This document shows positions 10,327 to 20,105 of a DNA stretch of 64,000 bases, in pieces. A program made the translations under genes and the position numbers. Under the pieces are notes generated by a model. That model ran no database searches, was not told the origin of the DNA, and saw only the letters and a program-made list of their open reading frames with translations. Each line of letters starts with the position of its first letter. Positions within the stretch are counted from its first letter, which is position 1. This DNA comes from an uncultured Chthonomonadaceae bacterium (GTDB lineage: Bacteria; Armatimonadota; Chthonomonadetes; Chthonomonadales; Chthonomonadaceae): contig CAWFQB010000014.1 of assembly GCA_963817895.1 (NCBI GenBank), positions 480,001 through 544,000 on the forward strand, in the 5' to 3' direction.

Positions 10327-11097
10327 ATGACAACCACCCTTGAAAAACCGATTGTTCAACAGCCGACTGTGGAGACTTCGCAAACTGAATCGCCCTTACC
10401 TGAAACGTTGCTGTCTGACCCGTTGCGCTTTGAGGAGCCGAGGCGCCGATTATGGACTCGCGCCGATTACCATAAGGCAGGCGAACTCGGCTTTTTCGGC
10501 ATGGAGGAACGACTGGAACTAATCAATGGGGAGGTGTGGAAAAAAATGAGTCCACAAGGAGCGCCACATGCTTTCGGCGTCGGGGTGGTCGCCGAAGTAT
10601 TACGCGGAGCATTTCCAGCAGGTTTCCACATCCGTGAGGAAAAGCCGCTTGTTTTAACGGACCTGACGGAACCGATTCCGGATGTTATGGCGGTTCGAGG
10701 AACGCTGCGCCAAAATCCCGGATTTGCAACTTCCGCTAATGCGGTACTTGTTGTAGAAATATCGGCGTCATCGCTCAAATTCGATCAAAATTACAAAGCC
10801 GAAGCGTATGCCCGGTCTGGAATCCCCGACTATTGGGTGCTGAACCAACGCGCCCGCCAGTTGGAAGTGCGCCGCGAGCCGGGACTGCTTGGCGATGGAC
10901 AATGGGGCTACCGTTCCCTGCAAATAGTGCTTGCGGATGGGCAAATTTCCCCGCTTGCCGCGCCACAAATTGTCATCAAAGTTGTCGATCTGCTGCCTAC
11001 CCTGTCGCAAACTTCCTCGGAGGCAACATCAGACGACAGCGCAGCAAACACAGCCGATTTACAGCCCAATGTGTCAGACCCTCCGCAGAATGATTGA
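10327..11097 (+). CDS. Uma2 (DUF820) family endonuclease
   Basis: ELINGEV, PIPDVMAV, VVEIS, KAEAYARSGIPDYWV. Confidence 0.9.
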   Translation: MTTTLEKPIVQQPTVETSQTESPLPETLLSDPLRFEEPRRRLWTRADYHKAGELGFFGMEERLELINGEVWKKMSPQGAPHAFGVGVVAEVLRGAFPAGFHIREEKPLVLTDLTEPIPDVMAVRGTLRQNPGFATSANAVLVVEISASSLKFDQNYKAEAYARSGIPDYWVLNQRARQLEVRREPGLLGDGQWGYRSLQIVLADGQISPLAAPQIVIKVVDLLPTLSQTSSEATSDDSAANTADLQPNVSDPPQND

Positions 11098-11108
11098 GAT
11101 AAAATCGC

Positions 11109-12090
11109 ATGGACGCCAACCAACTCCGACAATTAATTGAAGATAACGCCCACTCGTGGCGCAAGAAATCCGTTATCAGCCTGTTCGACTTTTCAACCGA
11201 ACAGATACGCGCCGCGCTCGACGTTGCGGCGGGGCTGAAACAGTACGACCTTGCCCGTGAGCGCAGCCTGTACTGGCAGTATCCGCGCACTCTCGCGCTG
11301 CTGTTTGAAAAACCCTCCCTGCGCACAAGGGTCAGTTTCGAGGCGGGCATGGCGCACCTGCACGGACAGGCCATTTACCTTGCGCCCGGTGACGTGGGAT
11401 TGGGAGCGAGGGAACCGGTTGCCGATGTGGCGGGCGCTCTCTCGCGGTGGGTAGACATCATCGCCGCCCGCGTGTTCAAGCACGAAACCGTTGAGGAACT
11501 GGCGCAGCATGGCACGATTCCCGTCATCAACGCGCTCAGTGACCGCGAACATCCCATACAGGCGTTTGCCGACCTGCTCACGCTTGCAGGAGCAGAAGGG
11601 GCCGCTCGGCAACAACCTGAAACTGGCGTATGTGGGCGACGGCAACAATGTTTTACACGCCCTTTTGCTCGCCTGCGCCAAAATGGGGGTAAACTTAAGC
11701 GCGGCCTGCCCTGCCGGTTACGAGCCGTCCGGCAATTATGTGCAGGAAGCCACCCGCATCGCGCAACAGACGGGCGCAAGCGTTGAGATTGTTGCCGACC
11801 CTGTTCAGGCTGTTCAAAACGCCGACGCCGTGTATACCGACGTGTGGGCCAGCATGGGACAGGAAGACGAAAAAGCTGCCCGGATGCAGATTTTCGCGCC
11901 CTACCAGATCAATACAACCCTGCTTTCCCACGCCAAACCGGATGTATCCGTTTTGCATTGCCTGCCCGCGCATCGCGGCGAAGAGGTTTCCGCCGATGTC
12001 ATGGACGCGCACAACACGGTTATTATGAATCAGGCGGAAAACCGGCTGCACACGCAGAAGGCGTTGCTGACGTTAATCTTAGGATTGTAA
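11109..12090 (+). CDS. argF: Ornithine carbamoyltransferase (frameshifted near 11590)
   Basis: FEKPSLRTRVSF, HPIQAFAD, YVGDGNNV, YTDVWASMGQE, HCLPAHRGEEV, QAENRLH. Confidence 0.95.
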
Positions 12091-12182
12091 GTAACTATTC
12101 AGCCCTATCTCGAAACTGATTTGAATAGTTCCCCTCTCCCAAACTTGGGAGAGGGGCTAGGGGTGAGGGCCTGAATAGTTAC
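12091..12182. mobile_element. 92-bp MITE with 12-bp TIRs and 8-bp target-site duplication
   Basis: GATTGTAA|GTAACTATTCAG ... CTGAATAGTTAC|GATTGTAA; encloses a family A palindrome. Confidence 0.85.
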
Positions 12183-12202
12183 GATTGTAATAAGGAGTTT
12201 TC

Positions 12203-13529
12203 ATGCGTAAGATTGTCCTCGTATATTCGGGCGGGCTGGATACGTCCGTGTGTATTCCGCTGATGAAGGAAGAGTATGGCTTCGACCATGTGATTACGGT
12301 CACGGTAGACGTGGGGCAGGCGCGGGAAGACATCGCGCAGGCCGAGGAACGCGCCCGCCGCTTTGGAACCGAACACTATACGGTTGACGCCCGCGCTCTG
12401 TTCGTGGAGCATTTCTGCTGGCCTGCCGTCAAAGCGAACGGCGATTATCAGGGCTATCCGATTTCAACGTCTATCGCTCGCCCGCTCATCGCCCTGAAAG
12501 CCGTCGAAAAAGCGCAGGAGTTGGGCGCGACCGCGTTCGGGCATGGCTGCACCGGCAAGGGCAACGATCAATTCCGCATCGAATACATCATGCGGACGCT
12601 GATGCCGGATGTCGAAATCATCGCGCCCATGCGCGAAGGCCGCAAAATGCCGGATGGCAGCCGATCTCCCTGGACCCGCAGCGAAGAGATCGAATACGCT
12701 AACGAACACGGACTGGACATTTCACAAACCACAAGCAAAATCTGGAGCATTGACGAAAACCTGTGGGGGCGCAGCGTGGAGGGCGGGCGATTGGAAGAGC
12801 CGAATTATGCGCCCCCGGAAGAGATTTACCAGTGGACACGCGGCCTTAAAGACTGCCCGGACGAGGCGCGGGAACTCACCATAGGCTTTGAAAACGGCGT
12901 ACCCGTCGCGCTGGACGGCAAAAAGTACGCTCCCTTCGATCTGGTCGTGGAACTCAATAAAATCGCGGGCGAAAACGGCGTCGGGCGCGTGGACATCATG
13001 GAAGACCGGATGCTCGGCCTGAAAGTGCGCGAAAATTACGAGTGTCCCGCCGCCGTCGTGATTCTGGCCGCGCACCGCGCGCTCGAAGCCCTCGTATGCA
13101 CCCAATCGGAACTGAAGTTCAAGAAATCGGTAGACGCGGAATGGGGCGAAATGGCCTATAAGGGGCTGTGGTTCGACCCGCTGAAGGAAGACTTGGAAGC
13201 GTTCATCAACAAGGTACAGGAGCGCGTTACGGGAACCGTCAATCTGCGGCTGGCGAAGGGCAACGCCATCATCGTCGGGACGAGCGAGCGAATTGGCGCT
13301 GTACAACGAGGATTTAGCCAGTTTCGACAGCAAAACGTTCAATCAGGCCGATTCGCTCGGCATTGTCAAAAATTACGGGATGCAGTCCAAACTCTACTTC
13401 CAGTTGAAGTACCCGGCGGGAGCCTTGCTTGCCGGCAACATGGAACAAAAATTGCTCGGCAGCCAACCCACCGCCCATGAGCAGGCCGATGCGGGCGATG
13501 CGGGCGCGACGGGCGATTACAGCGGTTAA
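12203..13529 (+). CDS. argG: Argininosuccinate synthase (frameshift near 13285)
   Basis: YSGGLDTS, HGCTGKGNDQFR, SIDENLWGRS, DIMEDRMLGLKVRENYE. Confidence 0.96.
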
Positions 13530-13559
13530 AACGACAGCGCCGATAGCAGAAGGTTGAAC

Positions 13560-14161
13560 ATGAAACGTATCTTCTCGAGCATGGGACTGAAAGAGGCTAT
13601 GCTGTTGATACCGGCGGCGCGTCTGACACCCTGGACTATAGACGCGCCGCCCTACCTGCCGAGTGAACCTCTAGCAGGAGTGGCTGCGACGCCTGCGCGT
13701 TTTCAATCAGACCAATTCGGAAGCCGCTAAAATACTGCTGATTGACACTCTGTTTGCCGAAATCGTGCCCAATTACGCGCATCTGAAGCATTTGGAAGGC
13801 AGCAGCCCTGGAATCGGCGTCCCTGACCGGTGTTGCCGATTATATCATTGCCCCGGATTATGCCTATATCACCACGCCTCTTTTATGTGTCGCGGAAGCC
13901 AAACGCGATGATTTTGTACAGGGACAAGCGCAGTGCATTGCGGAAATGATTGCCTGCCGGGACAACAATCGGCAGGAGGGGCATGAAACGGATGTATACG
14001 GCATCGTCAGCAACGGGCAAACTTGGCAGTTCTACAAACTCACCACACGGCAGGAGTTGTTTGAAACTGACCTGTACGTTACCAGCGATTTACCCAAACT
14101 GCTTGGCGCGCTGGACTATGTATGTGGCGAGTGCGCCCAAAACATTCCTCCGGCAGCATGA
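13560..14161 (+). CDS. Hypothetical PD-(D/E)XK nuclease-like protein (frameshifted)
   Basis: GVADY...AEAKRDD...GQAQCIAEMIAC...VYGIVSNGQTWQFYKL pattern across frames. Confidence 0.6.
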
Positions 14162-14299
14162 ACCAATGGTCCGGTTGTTTGGGCATAGCAGCCGAGCCAA
14201 TAGCGGAAAAAGCCTGTAGCATTACGCTGCAAGCCGCCCGTTCCCGAACCCGGCAGCCTCGCCCTGCTTGCGGGAATTGCCGTCAGGGACTTCCGTTGA
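14158..14299 (+). pseudogene. Orphan PEP-CTERM sorting-signal remnant
   Basis: ITLQAA(+1 base)VPEPGSLALLAGIAV encoded at 14221-14284, then cut by an inverted-repeat element. Confidence 0.6.
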
Positions 14300-14409
14300 T
14301 TAAATTGTTCCACTGAGCGTCCGCGCAAAACTGATTTTAATCTTTTGCGCGGCTGTGATAACGAAGTCCGTCTGCGCGGACTGGAACAACTATTTGTCCG
14401 TAAGTCCCT
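14285..14409. mobile_element. ~125-bp MITE-like element, copy 1
   Basis: TIR AGGGACTTCCG...TTGTTCCA / TGGAACAA...CGTAAGTCCCT; diverged copy at 36080-36203. Confidence 0.7.
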
Positions 14410-14450
14410 TATTCCATGTTTGCGGAACATGTTAATATCCGAAAATTCCT

Positions 14451-14483
14451 AAAACCCCATTCTTTGCCGGGAATGGGGTTTTT
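14451..14483. terminator. Intrinsic terminator, possibly bidirectional
   Basis: AAAACCCCATTC-8 nt-GAATGGGGTTTTT. Confidence 0.75.
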
Positions 14484-14719
14484 GTTATGGTGTTCATGTC
14501 TTATTTAACAGGTAGCGGCAAACAGGTGGCAGTGGTATAATGATAGAAATTGACAGGATATTCACCTGTTATCATCAGACCTCTTTCAGAAATTTACAGT
14601 ATGAGACAGGCTGAACGTGGTTCACGAAACCTTATGAAAAAGGGCAATCGTATCCAACTACCGGCGGGGAAGTGACGCTTGCAGTCACTACCTCTGAACA
14701 CGAGAGGAGTTTTGCAGCC

Positions 14720-16405
14720 ATGCCTCACCCCCGTTTACCTGCCATAATCCCGCAGCGTATGAACACAAATCGCCTGTCCGCGTGGGCGAAATTCCGGCGC
14801 GACGCGCGTCACCCGTCACGCGCAATGCCGTTCCGTCTGCTCTGCGCCCTGCTCCTGCTGACGTTTGCTGCCACCACTCAGGCCGCCAACATCAATGTTC
14901 CCGCCGACCAGAGTACCATTCAGGCAGGCATCAACGCCGCTGTGAATGGCGATGTCGTGATTGTCGCCGATGGAACCTACACCGGCGCGAACAACAAAAA
15001 CCTCGACTTCGGCGGCAAAAGCATCACCGTTCGCTCGGCAAGCAACAACCCGGCGCAGTGCGTCATTGACTGCCAACAGGCCGGAAACGGCTTCTACTTT
15101 CACACCCATGAGACGGCGGCGGCCACTGTCAGCGGCTTCACCATTCAGAACGGCTCCAGTCAGAACAGCACCTCGGGTTCAGGCGGCGGCGCGTACTGCG
15201 TAAATAGCAGCCCGACCTTCCAGCATTGCGTGTTCGCCAACAATACCGCGAGTTCCCTGGGCGGCGGACTGTTGTGCTTTTACGCCAATCCCACCGTGAC
15301 CTCCTGTGTCTTCCGCAACAACACGGCTAATTACGGCGGCGGCATGTACAACTATCAGAGCAATTCGGTGGTGACAAACTGCGTCTTCTACGGAAATACC
15401 GCCGCTTATAACGGCGGCGGCATGTACAACGATTCCACTGCCGCGCCCACCATAACTAACTGCACCATTTTTGGAAACTTCGCGAACGGCAGCGGAGTCG
15501 GAATGGTAAACAGCCCGGATAGCCCCGTGAAGGTGTACAATAGCATCATCGGCAACGGCGTCAACGGCAGTTTTGCTACTCTCAGCCATAGTGATGTGGC
15601 CGGTTATAACCTGGCGTCCACTCCCGACAACAACGGCAACTTCGACGCGGACCCGCTGTTTGTAAACTCCGCCAACGGCGACCTGCATCTTCAGGCCGGT
15701 TCGCCCTGCATAGATCGCGGTGACGATGCCGCGATTGCAGGCGTGACTACGGACCTAGACGGCAACCCCCGTATTGTCAACGCGCATGTAGACATCGGCG
15801 CTTACGAGTTACAGAACGTCGCGCCCATTCTGAACGCCATTCCAAACCAGAACGCGACGGCGGGCCAGACTTTCACATTCACCCCCACCCTGGCCCAAAA
15901 CAGCAATCATCCCCCGCTGACGTACTCGCTCGTGGGCGCGCCTACAGGCGTGGTCATCAACAACACTTCGGGACAGGTAAGCTGGACGCCCACCATTGCC
16001 GGCGTTTACACCTTCAGCATAAAAGTGACGGACACGGTCAACCTTTCGGACACCAAAACCATTCAGGTGACAGTGAATTCCGATCCAAATGGCACGGCGC
16101 GGGTGATTGTAACGGACATTGCGGCGCAGCGCGTCAGCGCCAATACGGTAACAGTCACGTTCACTCTGAGCGATTTGGGAACAGCGGCCCTGCAAAACGT
16201 GCGCGTGACGCGCGGCCTGCTTCGCTCGACGCAGGCGCAAACTCCGCTCCCCGGCCCGTTCGCGCTGGGCGCAGGCAATAGGCAGAGCGTGACCCTGACG
16301 TTCACGAGTACAAGCGCCATACCAGCGGGAACCACGCCATTCATCCTGAACGGTTCCTATATGGGCGGAACCTTCAGCACGGGACTGAATATCGCCGTGC
16401 CGTAG
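14720..16405 (+). CDS. Secreted right-handed beta-helix protein with choice-of-anchor Q-like and putative Ig domains (start uncertain)
   Basis: TIQAGINAAVNGD, repeated NCVFxxNTA-GGG units, DLHLQAGSPCIDRG...VDIGAYE, APTGVVINNTSGQVSWTP. Confidence 0.8.
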   Translation: MPHPRLPAIIPQRMNTNRLSAWAKFRRDARHPSRAMPFRLLCALLLLTFAATTQAANINVPADQSTIQAGINAAVNGDVVIVADGTYTGANNKNLDFGGKSITVRSASNNPAQCVIDCQQAGNGFYFHTHETAAATVSGFTIQNGSSQNSTSGSGGGAYCVNSSPTFQHCVFANNTASSLGGGLLCFYANPTVTSCVFRNNTANYGGGMYNYQSNSVVTNCVFYGNTAAYNGGGMYNDSTAAPTITNCTIFGNFANGSGVGMVNSPDSPVKVYNSIIGNGVNGSFATLSHSDVAGYNLASTPDNNGNFDADPLFVNSANGDLHLQAGSPCIDRGDDAAIAGVTTDLDGNPRIVNAHVDIGAYELQNVAPILNAIPNQNATAGQTFTFTPTLAQNSNHPPLTYSLVGAPTGVVINNTSGQVSWTPTIAGVYTFSIKVTDTVNLSDTKTIQVTVNSDPNGTARVIVTDIAAQRVSANTVTVTFTLSDLGTAALQNVRVTRGLLRSTQAQTPLPGPFALGAGNRQSVTLTFTSTSAIPAGTTPFILNGSYMGGTFSTGLNIAVP

Positions 16406-16607
16406 CGAATTCGGTTTGCAGTTTGTGACGAATACCGATGGAATTTCTGCCCGATGGCGCAACTTACATATAAACGCGCCATTCGGCAGAAATTCTGTGT
16501 TAAAATAATCTTTTCCATGAGCGCGAAACGGAGTCAGCAGTACCTATCGCCATTGCTCGGATAAAGCAGTTTCTTGAATCAAGTCGCCTGGCCTGAAAGG
16601 AACGTCC

Positions 16608-17213
16608 TTGCGTACTCAATTTCGTGTGTCTCGCCTCCTCTTGTCGCGCAGTTTCCTGTGCCTGTTTGTTTGCTGCCTGCTGCTGCGGGGCGGGACGGAG
16701 CGGGCGCAGGCGTCCGACATCAGAATCGTGTTTATGCCCGACACCAATACCGTGATGCAGGGGGATACCAATCCCATCAACTACACCGCCCTGTTCAGCA
16801 ACAATACCGCCACGGACCTGCTCATCACGGACGTCTCCGCAAATTCTATGGATCCCAACGTCGGCTTCAGTTACGGCTTTTTCAACGGCATAAACGGCAA
16901 TCCGTTTGAACTGACCGCCGGTCAACAAAATTTGCTGGTTCCAAACGTGATTTCCCTTAATCTTGATTCCACCGTTCCCGTGGGAACGTATACTTTTGAC
17001 GCTACCTTTACCGGGCGCAATTTCAGTGGAGGCAGTGAACGCGATCTGGGTACAGGAACGCTGCATGTCAATGTTCAGGCGGCGGGATCGCCCACGCCGG
17101 AATTCGGGTCCGTGTGGACATTAGGCGGACTGCTGCTGGCGGGCGGCATCGGCGCGTGGCGTCAGCATCGCCGCCGCCCGACAATATCCCGCGAGGCTCC
17201 CCATGCCGCCTGA
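16608..17213 (+). CDS. PEP-CTERM-type sorted protein with PEF variant signal
   Basis: Signal peptide; C-terminal TPEFGS + hydrophobic helix + RQHRRR; overlaps the exosortase start. Confidence 0.8.
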   Translation: MRTQFRVSRLLLSRSFLCLFVCCLLLRGGTERAQASDIRIVFMPDTNTVMQGDTNPINYTALFSNNTATDLLITDVSANSMDPNVGFSYGFFNGINGNPFELTAGQQNLLVPNVISLNLDSTVPVGTYTFDATFTGRNFSGGSERDLGTGTLHVNVQAAGSPTPEFGSVWTLGGLLLAGGIGAWRQHRRRPTISREAPHAA

Positions 17214-18111
17214 ACCGGCGACGGCTGCTCCAACATCGGCTACAGTGGATACAGAGCAAATCGCTCCGGCCACGCGCTCCCTGACGGCGGAGTGGCTGTT
17301 TGGCGCGCTGCTGCTTTTGCTGTATCTTCCTGTCGTGGTTCAAACCGGGCGACGGTGGTTCATGGCCGAGCAGTACGCGCACGGCATTTTTATCTTCCCC
17401 ATCGTTGGCGGCCTGTTGTGGCTGAAGCGCGACGCCATCCGCAATGCGTCCCGGCAGCCGAGCGCGTGGGGACTGCTGCCGCTTACAATGGGGCTGTTGG
17501 CGCAGACGGTCGGGCATTTACTGAAATTCGAGTTTCTGGCGATGCTGTCCCTCCTGCCCACCCTCGCGGGCGGCATCCTGCTGCTCCATGGCCCGCATTT
17601 ATGGCGCGTTGCGCGCTTTCCGGTCCTGTTTCTGGGCTTCGCCGCCAATCTGCCCATGCCGGTTCTAAACGGGCTAAGTCATGCCACGCAAAGCCTGAGC
17701 GCGACCGGCGCGGCAGCGATTATGAAATCTCTCGGCTTTGTCATCGCGCGGCAGGGCAACGCGCTGCATGTGCCCGGCATGACGCTGGAAGTGGCGGACG
17801 TGTGCAGCGGCTTCCGTAAACTGACCGCCCTTATCGTATTCGCCGTGCTGTACGGCTATCTGTATCCTATCGGCAGCCTGCGCCGACTGGGTCTGGTTCT
17901 GCTCATTGCGCCCATCGCCCTCCTCGCCAACATTGCCCGTTTGTGCGTTTTGGTTGCCGCCGCGACGTGGGGCGGGGCGCGGTGGGAAAGCGGGCTGCAC
18001 GGCCCTGCCGAATTGGCTGTCCTCGTCCTGGCGTTCGGGCTGATGGTGGCGACGGGAAGGAGAATGGGATGCGTTCGACCCCGATTTGCGCGCGACTCGG
18101 CCTGCTCCTGA
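17203..18111 (+). CDS. Exosortase
   Basis: Multi-TM protein; YAHGIFI, LEVADVCSGFRK (Cys), NIARL (Arg), LHG (His). Confidence 0.92.
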   Translation: MPPEPATAAPTSATVDTEQIAPATRSLTAEWLFGALLLLLYLPVVVQTGRRWFMAEQYAHGIFIFPIVGGLLWLKRDAIRNASRQPSAWGLLPLTMGLLAQTVGHLLKFEFLAMLSLLPTLAGGILLLHGPHLWRVARFPVLFLGFAANLPMPVLNGLSHATQSLSATGAAAIMKSLGFVIARQGNALHVPGMTLEVADVCSGFRKLTALIVFAVLYGYLYPIGSLRRLGLVLLIAPIALLANIARLCVLVAAATWGGARWESGLHGPAELAVLVLAFGLMVATGRRMGCVRPRFARDSACS

Positions 18112-18677
18112 TGCTGCTTGCGCTTGCCGCCAATCTGCTCACGCCTACGGGCGCGGCGCGGCGTCTGCCCCGCCCGGACGCCAGTGCCTTTCCCCGTCAC
18201 GCAGGCAAATGGCGCAGCGTTTCCGACCGTCCTATCCCCGAACTTACCGTGAAATCATTGCCGACCGCGACCCTGATTAACCGCATTTATGCCAACGCGC
18301 AGGGCGAGGCTGTGGAATTCACGCTGGTTTCCGCGGCCCGCGCCGAGGACGCCCACGACCCCGAAGCCTGCCTGCCCGGATGGGGCTGGACGCTGGAAAA
18401 TGCCCACTCTCTGACGCTCGACGGGCAGGTGATGCGTTCCGCCCATGCGCGGCAAAACGGGCAGGAGATGGATGTCCTTTTCTGGTGGGATGTGCCAAAC
18501 GCCCCTGCCACCCATTGGCTTTCGCGCCTGCAAGAGCTGCGCATTGAAACGCAGGGGCGCGGCTCGATCCTTGTCCGCCTGACCACTCCCGCCACTCCTC
18601 ACAGCGAAGCCTCCCTCCGCGCCTTCGCCCGCCAACTGCTTCCCGCCCTTGTCGTCTGGAAGCATGTGGGGAAATAA
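18069..18677 (+). CDS. Exosortase-associated EpsI family protein
   Basis: RIYANAQG, HDPEACLPGWGW, VLFWW, LVRL; follows the exosortase. Confidence 0.85.
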   Translation: MRSTPICARLGLLLMLLALAANLLTPTGAARRLPRPDASAFPRHAGKWRSVSDRPIPELTVKSLPTATLINRIYANAQGEAVEFTLVSAARAEDAHDPEACLPGWGWTLENAHSLTLDGQVMRSAHARQNGQEMDVLFWWDVPNAPATHWLSRLQELRIETQGRGSILVRLTTPATPHSEASLRAFARQLLPALVVWKHVGK

Positions 18678-18761
18678 AAAAGAAGATACGAGATACGAGA
18701 TACGAGTAGGAAAGGATCCATCCTTCATCCTTCATCCTTTGTTCAGGAACGGAACAAAATA

Positions 18762-19874
18762 ATGACATTTGATACCAATCAGCAAGATTTGAATATACAG
18801 GATGCGCTTCCCGGCGCGGTTACATCTCACTCATCCGACGCGGTAAGCGCTACGGACATGCTCAACGAGTATCTGCGCGAACCGTACCAGCAATTTGAGG
18901 TGTCACAGGATGTGCAGTCTTTACGTTTCCGTTTCCGTATGCCCGTCTGGTTGACAGTAACTTGCGCTTTCATACTGGGAGGGCTGATGGGCGTATTCGT
19001 GATGAAGCAGCGCCATGCGGCGGATAAAGTTGTCGTGACGGTCGGCAGTGAAACCATTCGCGCGCAGGATTTTTACAGCCGCCTGGAGGCCGCCGCCGGA
19101 CCGCAGGTACTGAAGCAGATGGTGGCAGAAACACTGACGCGCCAGTACGCGCAACAGCGCCATGCCTTGCCCACTCCCTCAGAAGTTCAGTCGCTGGCGG
19201 CGCAGATCAGCGCGCAGTCCGCCTTCGCTTCCTCCACGCAACATCCAATTACGCCGCAGGCCGCGCAGCAAATCGCCCAAACCGAAAGCCTTCAGGAGAA
19301 GTTGACAGCGCAGGGCGTTGAAGCCTCGGACTCGGAAACGCGCGCCTATTACCGATCACAAACCGACCCGCGCAATCCCAATGCCCGCTTTCTGCGTCCC
19401 AAATCTGTCCGCATAGCCGTGATTGTGACGCCCTCGGAAACGGAAGCGCGGGAGGCGGAAAAAGCGCTGGACGCGGGAACCCCCTTTGCCACTGTCGCGA
19501 AAACCTACAGCAAGGATCGCAGCGCGGCGCAGGGCGGTGAGATGCCTGCGTTTCAGCGCGGACGCACTCCCGCCCGACGGGTGCACGGTTTGGAAGATGT
19601 GATTTTTGGATTGAAACCGGGCCAGACAACGCGAGCGCAGAAAGTAGTGGGCGCGTGGTGGATTATGACCTGCCTGGAGAAAACGCCCGGAGAAACGCTT
19701 CCGTTCGCGCAGGCGCAGGCGCAATGCAGGCGGGAAGCGCGTCTGCTGAAAGCGCAGCGCGAACAGGGTGCGCGGGTGCAGGCGGATTTCGCGAAATTTC
19801 GCCGGAGTGTCCCCGTGCAGGTGTTCTGGGAACGCTACGCGGCTTCCGTCCAGGAGGAAGAAACAGGTTTGTGA
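18762..19874 (+). CDS. PpiC/PrsA-like peptidyl-prolyl isomerase
   Basis: One TM helix, SurA-N-like region, FATVAKTYSKDRSAAQGGEM rotamase motif. Confidence 0.8.
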   Translation: MTFDTNQQDLNIQDALPGAVTSHSSDAVSATDMLNEYLREPYQQFEVSQDVQSLRFRFRMPVWLTVTCAFILGGLMGVFVMKQRHAADKVVVTVGSETIRAQDFYSRLEAAAGPQVLKQMVAETLTRQYAQQRHALPTPSEVQSLAAQISAQSAFASSTQHPITPQAAQQIAQTESLQEKLTAQGVEASDSETRAYYRSQTDPRNPNARFLRPKSVRIAVIVTPSETEAREAEKALDAGTPFATVAKTYSKDRSAAQGGEMPAFQRGRTPARRVHGLEDVIFGLKPGQTTRAQKVVGAWWIMTCLEKTPGETLPFAQAQAQCRREARLLKAQREQGARVQADFAKFRRSVPVQVFWERYAASVQEEETGL

Positions 19875-20003
19875 CCCGCGCCGATACGCGAACAGCCTGC
19901 CGCTCCTTGTAGTTTAATGGCGCTGGCGCAGAAACACGTATTGCTGGCGTAAACAGGCGTTCCCGCCGCCCGCTATTTTCATCAGATTTACGGCCCCAGT
20001 TTG

Positions 20004-20105
20004 GAGCCTATCCCATTAGGCCGGGTACAAAGAACGTACCCGTCTGAGCGGCCTGCGGCCAAGCGTCCTTCGGACGCAAATGCAATCGCCTATTGGGATA
20101 GGCTC
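20004..20105. mobile_element. ~100-bp palindromic MITE-like element, copy 2 (supplies the amidohydrolase stop)
   Basis: GAGCCTATCCCATTAGG ... CCTATTGGGATAGGCTC; homologous to 7017-7119. Confidence 0.75.

Noticed and set aside
14520..14715. Riboswitch upstream of the beta-helix gene
   Set aside because: No recognisable aptamer consensus by eye
19898..19960. tRNA-like start (GCTCCTTGTAGTTTAATGG)
   Set aside because: No anticodon or T-arm (GTTCGA) and no acceptor-stem closure
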